IMG/VR virus record: IMGVR_UViG_3300028608_000007
Span: 96,001-160,000 of that record
Length of the DNA stretch: 64,000 bases
Reading direction: 5' to 3' (one strand)
From: a virus
Made by a program: the position numbers and the translations under genes
The notes under the pieces: model-generated
Told to the model about the DNA's origin: nothing
The model's database searches: none
The model's input: only the letters and a program-made list of their open reading frames with translations
In this document: positions 46,208 through 53,868 of the stretch, in pieces
Position numbering within the stretch: the stretch's first letter is position 1
Layout: each line of letters starts with the position of its first letter

Positions 46208-46860
46208 TTGTCTTTCACCTTCTTGAAGACAGACCAGTTATCACGCATACCACTAAAGCGGATATGGTGACGTTCGAGTTCCATGGTCATTTCCCCATCA
46301 CGCTCGAAAGCAGCATCGAGGTAATAGTAGAACGCATCGTTACCGGTGCACCCCATGTACCCTTCACCTTCGTGGATGAGGATCTGACCGACGCGCATCT
46401 TCTTGGCAACCTTATGGGCAAAATCGGAACCCATCGGTGGCCAAGTCATCACGATTACGTCGTATGGATCGAAGTCCACTTCCAGCGCGTCACCACACTC
46501 GGAACCGTAGTTGGCGATGTCGTGAGTCCAGTACCAAGAGGACCACATGTCCACCGCACGGTAGTCTTTAACGCCACGCTTACGCAGATGCGATGCCATG
46601 TAACCAGTACCAGCGCCGACCTCAAGAGTTTTCTTGTCCTTGAGGAAGTTGGCCAAGTAGTCTGCGTTCTCGGATGTGAGGATGAACCACGCATTGTTAC
46701 GGACGTAGGCATCACGTTGTTTGGCGTCATGAACGAGTTCGTTGAAGAAGTCTTCGAACGTTTTGTCTTGGAATTGCTTCCAATCCTGCAAAGACATCAG
46801 CGGGAACGGATCAGCGAAGGACTCAGGTACACCAGGTTTCTTGACGGACATAACTTGCAT
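46204..46860 (-). CDS. Class I SAM-dependent methyltransferase-like protein
   Basis: LEVGAGTG motif I, RAVD and IVMTWPP. Confidence 0.75.
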   Translation of the reverse strand: MQVMSVKKPGVPESFADPFPLMSLQDWKQFQDKTFEDFFNELVHDAKQRDAYVRNNAWFILTSENADYLANFLKDKKTLEVGAGTGYMASHLRKRGVKDYRAVDMWSSWYWTHDIANYGSECGDALEVDFDPYDVIVMTWPPMGSDFAHKVAKKMRVGQILIHEGEGYMGCTGNDAFYYYLDAAFERDGEMTMELERHHIRFSGMRDNWSVFKKVKDK

Positions 46861-46876
46861 ACAGTTCTCCTTAGAA

Positions 46877-47134
46877 CTAAAAATTATCGAACTTGCCCAA
46901 TTGTTCTTCTAGGCGGGTTCTGTACTTCTCGATATCAAACCAATAGAAGTACGGACAGTCAGCCGTTTGGAGCTGACCATGGAAATGTACAACACAAGGG
47001 TAGTTTGCTTCTACACCACCGGGCTGGCGAGGGTTGCACTCCTGACCATAGTGACGTCCGGTGGCTTCACGAAAACCCTGACGGTTACGCACGATGTAAA
47101 CGCCATAGGTTACTTGGCGGTAAACGTCTCCCAT
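46877..47134 (-). CDS. Small hypothetical protein, paralogue of 47137
   Basis: Start MGDVYRQ (or GTG at 47140); NYPCVV motif. Confidence 0.6.
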   Translation of the reverse strand: MGDVYRQVTYGVYIVRNRQGFREATGRHYGQECNPRQPGGVEANYPCVVHFHGQLQTADCPYFYWFDIEKYRTRLEEQLGKFDNF

Positions 47135-47136
47135 AC

Positions 47137-47421
47137 TCACTCCCCTTGTACTTCGCGAAACTGTGCCAGCAGCTTGTCTTTGTAGTTCTCCAAGCACATC
47201 CAGCGAACGCCCATATCGCCCCAACGATCGAAGTACGTCCACACCACACACGGGTATTTCTTCGGGTAGTTGGTTGGGTAGTCCAGAGGTTCGCCTTCCT
47301 CTTTGTGTTCACGCTTTACCAGATCGCGATAAGCGGCTTGTGTACGACAGAGGTGACCACCGCACATCAAGCGTTTGTAGTTCGGTCGTTCTTGCTTTTC
47401 TTCTTTCAAGTTACTTGCCAT
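47137..47421 (-). CDS. Small hypothetical protein
   Basis: KYPCVV motif. Confidence 0.65.
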   Translation of the reverse strand: MASNLKEEKQERPNYKRLMCGGHLCRTQAAYRDLVKREHKEEGEPLDYPTNYPKKYPCVVWTYFDRWGDMGVRWMCLENYKDKLLAQFREVQGE

Positions 47422-47455
47422 TTCCCCAGCCCCTCTAATGGGCTACAAAAAAGAA

Positions 47456-47471
47456 GGGGTCCGTAGACCCC
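47456..47471 (-). terminator. Intrinsic terminator
   Basis: GGGGTC-CGTA-GACCCC with an A-tract on the left; identical to the 16-mer at 59858. Confidence 0.7.
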
Positions 47472-47477
47472 GTTAAA

Positions 47478-47864
47478 TTATTTCGAGCGTTCCTCGAACA
47501 TTGTGAGGACCTTGCCCCTGGTTCTGCGCACCCAACGACCACAGGGCACTTGCGTACCCGTCTTGTGACCTTGTAGTACACGAGCGCGTTCAGTGTTGAA
47601 CACCAGAGGCAGAGGATAATACACCCAGCCGTTGTCAATCACCCGCCGTACCAAGGAGTAGTTATACTCCCGACTCTCCACCTTCTCGTAGATCCCACGT
47701 CTACAGTGTTCGAGTTCTTCTTCATTTGCTTCGTCGTAAAGGATGGTGGTAACCCCAGTCTCTTCATCGAGGAACTGTTTCTTTCGGAAGATCAGTCCAT
47801 CGACAGCGTGGCTGTAGATTTTGTCATCCTTCTTTACGATTACGCGGTCGGCGGTATCAGTCAT
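47478..47864 (-). CDS. Hypothetical protein
   Basis: 128 aa; ATGA overlap. Confidence 0.65.
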   Translation of the reverse strand: MTDTADRVIVKKDDKIYSHAVDGLIFRKKQFLDEETGVTTILYDEANEEELEHCRRGIYEKVESREYNYSLVRRVIDNGWVYYPLPLVFNTERARVLQGHKTGTQVPCGRWVRRTRGKVLTMFEERSK

Positions 47865-48166
47865 TGGTCTGGAATCCCGTATTGCTCGAGGTACTCAGTG
47901 ACCTCTTTGTTCATAGCCTTGACTTTCTCGGGCGGGTACTTCTCGATCGGGAACGCGACCGTGATACCTTCTGGACCGTCGTAGTCAAAGTACTGCATAC
48001 GGGTTTTGTAGTTGTAGCAGTCGCCTGACGAACAATGGATAACCTCCATGTCCTTGACCCAGGCGGGTTGTGCCGAAGCTTTTACTGGTTGAGCACCAAC
48101 GTTCGCCTGCACCGAAGTACAAGCTACCAGAGCGATTACTGCGAAAAGAGATTTCATTCTTGTCAT
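47861..48166 (-). CDS. Small secreted protein
   Basis: Signal peptide; CxxxxC. Confidence 0.7.
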   Translation of the reverse strand: MTRMKSLFAVIALVACTSVQANVGAQPVKASAQPAWVKDMEVIHCSSGDCYNYKTRMQYFDYDGPEGITVAFPIEKYPPEKVKAMNKEVTEYLEQYGIPDQ

Positions 48167-48194
48167 TCCTTAATGACTATTTCTTTTTGGGGTC

Positions 48195-48464
48195 TTACGC
48201 GTTTAGCAGACCTGCGTCAGAGAGGTCTTTACGGATCATGCGATACACGATCCAGGTTACAACCACCACGAAGAACAACACCCACACCTTGAAGATGGCG
48301 AGCGCCAGCGCGATGAAGAAGAACCCAGTTGGCGAGAGGTTCTGGACACCCCACAGTGCAACCTTGGTCCAGAAGGTTTCTTTCTTGGTCAGGATGTATT
48401 CACGGCTGGCTTTCCAGACCACGAACAAACCGAACACCACCAACACCAGAATCAATACGCCCAT
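48195..48464 (-). CDS. Small membrane protein
   Basis: 2-3 TM segments. Confidence 0.7.
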   Translation of the reverse strand: MGVLILVLVVFGLFVVWKASREYILTKKETFWTKVALWGVQNLSPTGFFFIALALAIFKVWVLFFVVVVTWIVYRMIRKDLSDAGLLNA

Positions 48465-48467
48465 GTT

Positions 48468-48683
48468 TCACTCCTTGTCTTTGATAGGTTTGTAACAGCA
48501 CACCCCGTCGAACTCATAACGCTGAGTAGGATAGGACTTTTGACGCGGCGGCTCGGGAGGATCATTCCTGTGAATAAACGCATGAACACCCACACCGATA
48601 CCACCTACCACAATACCAATGATGCACAGTCCGATCAAACCAGCGATCATCATCATTGCTTCGTCTTGTGCACGCATGTACAC
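48468..48683 (-). CDS. Small single-TM protein
   Basis: One TM segment and a Pro-rich linker. Confidence 0.6.
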   Translation of the reverse strand: MYMRAQDEAMMMIAGLIGLCIIGIVVGGIGVGVHAFIHRNDPPEPPRQKSYPTQRYEFDGVCCYKPIKDKE

Positions 48684-48686
48684 CTC

Positions 48687-48980
48687 CTAGAAGATGTACT
48701 TCACGACTTTGACGTTAGCCTGTGTTGCCACAGGGTACAGATCCTTACGGTGCCACGTTTGCGTAACACTTTCAGAATAGTTGTTAAGGTGTTGCACTTC
48801 TTCCTGAGAGGCCGCAGGACGCTTCTCAACGTGCGGCAAGAAGATTGCAGTCAACACCAAGGCTACTACGAAAACAAGCACCAGCCAGCGCAGGAAAGAG
48901 TTCTGGCGGGCAAGTTCACGCTGGTCCACGTTTTCCAGATCGTGAATCAGCTTTGCGTTCTTTTCAGCTTCCTTATCCAT
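48687..48980 (-). CDS. Small single-TM protein
   Basis: Central TM segment. Confidence 0.65.
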   Translation of the reverse strand: MDKEAEKNAKLIHDLENVDQRELARQNSFLRWLVLVFVVALVLTAIFLPHVEKRPAASQEEVQHLNNYSESVTQTWHRKDLYPVATQANVKVVKYIF

Positions 48981-49180
48981 TACTTACCCACCCACACTTT
49001 AGCTTCGGTTTGTTCGAACGACCCGTCTTCCAAGATGACGGTTTGTTTCACAGTGCACCAGCCAGCTTCACACTGAGCAGGCTCAGCTTTGAAGTCCTTG
49101 AGTTGGTACATAGCGAATGCCGAAGAGCAGATACCGGCGAGGGCGATAGCGGCGATCAGGGCTTTAACGAATTTGTTCAT
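48980..49180 (-). CDS. Small secreted protein
   Basis: Signal peptide ending in AFA; CxxxxC. Confidence 0.7.
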   Translation of the reverse strand: MNKFVKALIAAIALAGICSSAFAMYQLKDFKAEPAQCEAGWCTVKQTVILEDGSFEQTEAKVWVGK

Positions 49181-49213
49181 GGTTCTATTTCCTTCTGAGG
49201 ATTTGAGTTTAGA

Positions 49214-49834
49214 TTAGTGGCGCGACTTTGGATTGATGTCGATGCCGGGCAAACGGGATACTGCGGTGAGTAAACGATGTACGTGGGAAACCTGAATGCT
49301 GACCCTAGAAGGACCCCTGCCGATTTTCCCACCACGAGTGAGTTGATCTACTGCTTTGTTAACAGCGATAACCAAACCTTGAATGAACTCGCGCTCTTCT
49401 TTCATTGGTTGGAAACGCATTGGGCACAATCTGACGAATTCTTCAACAGTCCAGCCCATGATGAAGATTTCGCCATTCCTGATGACTACTTCTTCAGCAG
49501 GATCAGTCTGCAAGTACTTGAAGTACAGGACTGTTGCGTTGTCAGTCTTTTGCTTAGGTGGTGGGTAAACTATGTCTCGAAGTTCTTCGATAGTGTTTGG
49601 TCGAATCGCTTCAATCAGTTTCATTACCGACGCGGATGGCAAAGGCTCACGACGCAATTGGTTCCCATGATCAAGTGCGAGTTTGATTTTGAACCCAGTT
49701 GGGGAATGTGCAATTGTGAAAGGCGGGTGATGATCTACAGCAACGATCGTGTAGTGACTCGCGTTTGAGTACTCCAGATTGTTGTCGTAGTTGTAAATCA
49801 GTGCATGGATAAGAAGTCTGACGGCTTCTCGCAT
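49214..49834 (-). CDS. Early hypothetical protein
   Basis: First gene after the early promoter; AGGAG RBS; more AT-rich than its neighbours. Confidence 0.7.
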   Translation of the reverse strand: MREAVRLLIHALIYNYDNNLEYSNASHYTIVAVDHHPPFTIAHSPTGFKIKLALDHGNQLRREPLPSASVMKLIEAIRPNTIEELRDIVYPPPKQKTDNATVLYFKYLQTDPAEEVVIRNGEIFIMGWTVEEFVRLCPMRFQPMKEEREFIQGLVIAVNKAVDQLTRGGKIGRGPSRVSIQVSHVHRLLTAVSRLPGIDINPKSRH

Positions 49835-49891
49835 GATGTTCTCCTAAGAACGAAAGGTTAGGGACCGATATAACTCAGTCTATTCACCAGT

Positions 49892-49907
49892 GTAATATGT
49901 ATCTGAG
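49892..49907 (-). promoter_or_regulatory. Early promoter
   Basis: The minus strand reads A-tract, then CTCAGATACATATTAC. Confidence 0.7.
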
Positions 49908-49931
49908 ATTTTTTTGTTTCCGATTTACACG

Positions 49932-50080
49932 TATGTAGTGAATACAGGCAATGTCAACATTGCTCGCAAGGGGGTGATCCAGCCTTAGTGTGGTCTCCGA
50001 ATCCTTGTATCGCTGGGAAGCGTAATAAAACGGATTCACGGCTGCCTGTATCCTGCTCGCCCTTCGGGGCGGGCATTTAT
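49932..50080 (+). ncRNA. Candidate structured ncRNA or attenuating 5' leader
   Basis: TATG start motif, a 9-bp closing stem 49942-49950/50043-50051, internal stems and a terminal cUUCGg hairpin at 50054-50075. Confidence 0.45.
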
Positions 50081-50104
50081 TCCCAAAATCACAGGAAGAA
50101 CAAC

Positions 50105-50599
50105 ATGTCCACCAAGATGACGATCGATTACGATACGATCATGCAGGGGCTTGAGAAAGCTGTTGAAGAACGTCGTGTACAAGCAGAGTGGGCTCGCGCA
50201 GAAGGCGTGACTCTGCTGAAAGATTTCCGCACCGTGGGACTGATCGTACCTCGTCAGTCGGGTCGGACCTACTGTGCACTGCGCCGTCTGGTCTCCAACG
50301 AACGTGCAATCATGATTGTCCACAACGAATCCATTCGTGACGTCATGGCCAGCAACTACACGCACCACTGCGGTAAGGAGATGCCTCGCTCTACCGTAGC
50401 GCGCATCTACACCACTAAGGAAGTGCAGAAGGCTATCAAAGCCGTACAGAATGGCCAGCAGGATATCCTGCTCGCTAACGCTAACGAGACCATCGTTGAC
50501 GACGCCCTGTACTTCTTCGAGAACGTTCGCCGTAACCAGTTCTACAAGTGGCTCCACGATCGCGTTGGTGACGAGCAGTTAATCGTCCTGTTGAGCTAA
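50105..50599 (+). CDS. Degenerate P-loop-like protein
   Basis: IVPRQSGRT (Walker A-like, K to R) and TIVDD; AGGA RBS. Confidence 0.6.
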   Translation: MSTKMTIDYDTIMQGLEKAVEERRVQAEWARAEGVTLLKDFRTVGLIVPRQSGRTYCALRRLVSNERAIMIVHNESIRDVMASNYTHHCGKEMPRSTVARIYTTKEVQKAIKAVQNGQQDILLANANETIVDDALYFFENVRRNQFYKWLHDRVGDEQLIVLLS

Positions 50600-50602
50600 A
50601 AA

Positions 50603-50630
50603 AAAAGCAGGGGATGCGGCCCCTGCTTTT
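50603..50630. terminator. Bidirectional terminator with TATGCC on +
   Basis: AAAAGCAGGGG-ATGCGG-CCCCTGCTTTT-ATGCCC. Confidence 0.8.
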
Positions 50631-50637
50631 ATGCCCA

Positions 50638-50997
50638 TTATAAACGGGCACCGGCCTTTTTCAACGCTGCTGTTACCAGAGCGTTTTGCTTTTTGGTGTC
50701 TTCGGTCATGAGTTTAAGGAGAGTCGGGCTGGCTTTCACCAAGTCACTCATCTCAATCTCGAACCGACCATTCTTGCGGATATGCAAGATACCAAGCTGG
50801 TACCCGAATTCAATACTGGCGAATTCGATGAAGTCGCCTTCGTTACAGTAACTGATCGCCAACTGTAACATCCGAGGCAAGGCGGTATCGAAGTACGCGT
50901 AACGGCGAACGTCAATGACCTCTTTGGATTTACCGCGAATCATGGTTGCAATGACGCGGCGGATGTGGACAGTTTTCTTTTGTTCCGAGGTAGCCAT
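50638..50997 (-). CDS. Hypothetical protein
   Basis: 119 aa with an RBS. Confidence 0.7.
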   Translation of the reverse strand: MATSEQKKTVHIRRVIATMIRGKSKEVIDVRRYAYFDTALPRMLQLAISYCNEGDFIEFASIEFGYQLGILHIRKNGRFEIEMSDLVKASPTLLKLMTEDTKKQNALVTAALKKAGARL

Positions 50998-51036
50998 GAG
51001 GAGTTTCCTTCTTAGGATTTAAGTTAATGTGTCGCT

Positions 51037-51711
51037 TTACGACAAACGCATGTTACGCTGTGCAATCTTCAAGATGTCTTCGTACGACTGAGCCGGACGG
51101 ACGCGTTCCTTCATCGCCACCTTGAGATCACCAGTTTCTTTATCCGCTTTCCAACCAGCCACGCTGTAGGTGTCAGTGCTGGAATGACGATCCCGATGGA
51201 TAGCCATACGGAAAGCAAACAGCCAACCAATCTTGAAGGACTCGAGATAGGTTTGGAAGTACGGTGCACCAGAACCAATCGCTACAGGAAGTTCCTTCTG
51301 AGGGATCTCCCGCAACGACATCAACTTCTTGCGAGGACTAACACTGAATCGGTAGACCTCGTGGTGTTCGGTAACGATCAAAGCTTGACCGTCAGGGATG
51401 TTGGTCCGTTCCATATTCACAGCGTTGAAAGCCTCAACGATGTACTTAAGATCAGAACGTGCTGTCCAGATAGCTTTAATGAAGGACGTCATATTGGAAG
51501 ACCCACAGGTCCCCATAAAGACAGCTTTGCGACCTTCAACCAACCGGTGGTCCAGTTTGCTATCTTTATCCAGAAGAGTGATCTTCGTGGATTCCTCTTT
51601 ACTACTGTGTCCCGTGGAACCACAGTCATTACAAGCGTAGCTGTTTGGGTTGATGTTCGTCGATCGCTTGTCGGCGTACATCGCGTGTCCATTGGTTGCA
51701 ACTGTTGTCAC
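51037..51711 (-). CDS. HslV/proteasome-beta-like Ntn hydrolase
   Basis: Begins (M)TTVA; has AD, TKI and AIGSG motifs. Confidence 0.7.
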   Translation of the reverse strand: MTTVATNGHAMYADKRSTNINPNSYACNDCGSTGHSSKEESTKITLLDKDSKLDHRLVEGRKAVFMGTCGSSNMTSFIKAIWTARSDLKYIVEAFNAVNMERTNIPDGQALIVTEHHEVYRFSVSPRKKLMSLREIPQKELPVAIGSGAPYFQTYLESFKIGWLFAFRMAIHRDRHSSTDTYSVAGWKADKETGDLKVAMKERVRPAQSYEDILKIAQRNMRLS

Positions 51712-51740
51712 GATTACTTCCTTCTGAGGATCTAATTAGT

Positions 51741-51761
51741 GGGGTCCCCCGAAAGGACCCC
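51741..51761. terminator. Hairpin with TTTATG on +
   Basis: GGGGTCC-CCCGAAA-GGACCCC-TTTATGACG. Confidence 0.65.
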
Positions 51762-51771
51762 TTTATGACGC

Positions 51772-52842
51772 TTACTTCACTTCCGGGAAAGTTTCGCGGT
51801 AGCGCTTCATGTACATCGCGATCAAACCGGCCTTGATCTCAGTGCGCTTCTTGGCACCGATGCCGTCGAGGATGACCATGTATTCGTCGATAGTGCGTTC
51901 CAGAAGGGCTTCGTACTTGGCGTACATATCGACCTTCGGTTCAGGCACGTGTTTGGTGATGATCGCACCCAGCAGAACCATGGTGGCGTGACCCAGCTCG
52001 CTGGTATCAGCGTTCAGGATCGTTTGTAGCGCTTCGTTGATGTGCTGCGGTGCTGGCTTGAACTCGTCAGGCTGGTCAGCCGGTTTCGACTTCGGCAGAT
52101 GGTAAGGCATCGGCCACATGGCGGTGACAGCCCAACCGTGCATGTTGAACTCGCGGTAGAAGCGCAGTAGTTCGGTGTGGGTGTTAGCGCTACCCACCGC
52201 CCCCATGCCGATGATCATTGGCTTACCGTTGCCGTTCTTTCGAGTAACCCAGTAGATATCGCCGGACTCGGTCCACACCAACTGGTTGCCCCAGCGAAGA
52301 TGCTTCTTACCAGTGGACTGACCACGGTAACGAGGACCACGAGGATCTTCTGTCCACTCCAGACCCATCAACATCTTGGGCTTGTGCAGCAGGCCCGCAG
52401 GGTCGGTGAAGAACTCGACGGCGTCGAAGACCTCACGAGCGTTACTATAGAAGTGATCAACCACTTCGATAGCGGGCATGAACTCCAGCAGTTTGATGTT
52501 GGCGTGATCATAACGACCACCAGCCAGATCGCAGAACAGTCGGTCCAACGTAGATTGACCACCACGATCCTGATAGAGATTCAGGGCCATCGCATCGTCT
52601 TCGTTCATCTCGACTACTTGTAGTACGAAATCACGATCGTTCGGGTGGGCGATGAGATTGTTGTTGAGGGTGAGTGGAGCGTAGATTTCCTTGGAGAACA
52701 GGAAGATCTTCGGAACGTCGCGAATGGTGAAGATCGCAGCAGCAACGATGTTCAACACTTCGATGTTACGACCGTGTGGATCGATGATAACCTGGTTGCG
52801 GTCCGCGTGCAGTTTTTCGATAACTGGTTGGAGCAGAGACAT
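51772..52842 (-). CDS. Early hypothetical protein
   Basis: 356 aa; first gene after an early promoter. Confidence 0.75.
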   Translation of the reverse strand: MSLLQPVIEKLHADRNQVIIDPHGRNIEVLNIVAAAIFTIRDVPKIFLFSKEIYAPLTLNNNLIAHPNDRDFVLQVVEMNEDDAMALNLYQDRGGQSTLDRLFCDLAGGRYDHANIKLLEFMPAIEVVDHFYSNAREVFDAVEFFTDPAGLLHKPKMLMGLEWTEDPRGPRYRGQSTGKKHLRWGNQLVWTESGDIYWVTRKNGNGKPMIIGMGAVGSANTHTELLRFYREFNMHGWAVTAMWPMPYHLPKSKPADQPDEFKPAPQHINEALQTILNADTSELGHATMVLLGAIITKHVPEPKVDMYAKYEALLERTIDEYMVILDGIGAKKRTEIKAGLIAMYMKRYRETFPEVK

Positions 52843-52915
52843 GCGACATCTTCCTTCTAAGGATTCATAGATAGCTTAGGTGTGTGAGAATAAACAACTG
52901 TTGTTCCTCACTCGG

Positions 52916-52929
52916 GTAATATGTATCTC
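52916..52929 (-). promoter_or_regulatory. Early promoter
   Basis: The minus strand reads GAGATACATATTAC. Confidence 0.7.
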
Positions 52930-52958
52930 AAAAAGGTTTCAATCGACAGACGGCATAA

Positions 52959-52974
52959 AGGGCCCGAAGGCCCT
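52959..52974 (-). terminator. Hairpin + TTTATGCCGTC on the minus strand
   Basis: GACGGCATAA-AGGGCC-CGAA-GGCCCT. Confidence 0.75.
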
Positions 52975-53417
52975 CAGAACAAGAGAATGTCCACAGGAAG
53001 TTCGGTTTCAGCCAGACACTCCTGCACCAAAGGTTTGAAGACCTTGATGTAGTCGATCTGACCGTACCCACAACCCAGAGCAGGGATCGCCAGTTCGGTA
53101 ATCCCCAACTCTTTATACCGCGCAACCAGATCCTTGAATCCAGCTTCGAGGTATTCTCTCTTGCTCGGCTTGGACCAATGCTGCTTCGTGGGAAACAACA
53201 AGACGCGGAAAGGACCGACGTCGTAAGTCACAAGCTTGCCTACCGCTAAGTCACCTGAACGCAAAGCTGCTTGATAGAACTCAAGCAGCCCAGGAATCCT
53301 GATCTTGAACTGGAGCGCCAAACCATTGCCCAAAGTACCTGCGGTGTTCACAGGACAAGCAATGGTCTGGACCCCACACGAGAACAAGTCACCCTCGCCT
53401 TCGAAACGGATCATCAA
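52974..53417 (-). CDS. Macrodomain (DarG-like ADP-ribosylglycohydrolase)
   Basis: GDLF, CPVNTAGTLGNGLALQFK, FPTKQHW and IPALGCGYG. Confidence 0.85.
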   Translation of the reverse strand: MMIRFEGEGDLFSCGVQTIACPVNTAGTLGNGLALQFKIRIPGLLEFYQAALRSGDLAVGKLVTYDVGPFRVLLFPTKQHWSKPSKREYLEAGFKDLVARYKELGITELAIPALGCGYGQIDYIKVFKPLVQECLAETELPVDILLF

Positions 53418-53833
53418 GTCTTCCTCGTATTCTGATTCTGTTGTAACTGCCGGATCTGCTGTTCCGTAGGCAAGGTAGCCCGGTTAGCATCCTCAGCAGT
53501 GATTCGCAGGATCAGTCGATGGATTTCTCGAGGGAGACTCAAGAACTGATCGACCGTGTAACCCCAGCGCTTATAGATCTCGTTAACGTTGTACTGGTAG
53601 ATCGCTCTGTAAAGACCACCGTACTCGTGGTAGTCTTCTTTATCAAAGTGAGCTGCCAATGCCAACGGACGAGACTTATCATTGATGTGGTCGTAAATCC
53701 CATAATCAATGTCGTATGCGTCACGCAATACAAGTTGGGCGGAAATGCTATCGAGTTTACCCGTGGTTTCCAACAGGTGCTCGACTTGCCCTTTCATACC
53801 TACGCGTTGCAGTCCGAAGCCTGGCATGGCCAC
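53414..53833 (-). CDS. Conserved hypothetical protein
   Basis: Core operon; ATGA-coupled to the macrodomain gene. Confidence 0.7.
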   Translation of the reverse strand: MAMPGFGLQRVGMKGQVEHLLETTGKLDSISAQLVLRDAYDIDYGIYDHINDKSRPLALAAHFDKEDYHEYGGLYRAIYQYNVNEIYKRWGYTVDQFLSLPREIHRLILRITAEDANRATLPTEQQIRQLQQNQNTRKT

Positions 53834-53868
53834 GTGTCGATCGTTGTGCTCTCGAATCTCTGGATCGA

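Noticed and set aside
46264-47466. 400-aa plus-strand ORF
   Set aside because: It crosses three well-formed minus-strand genes and has no recognisable domain.
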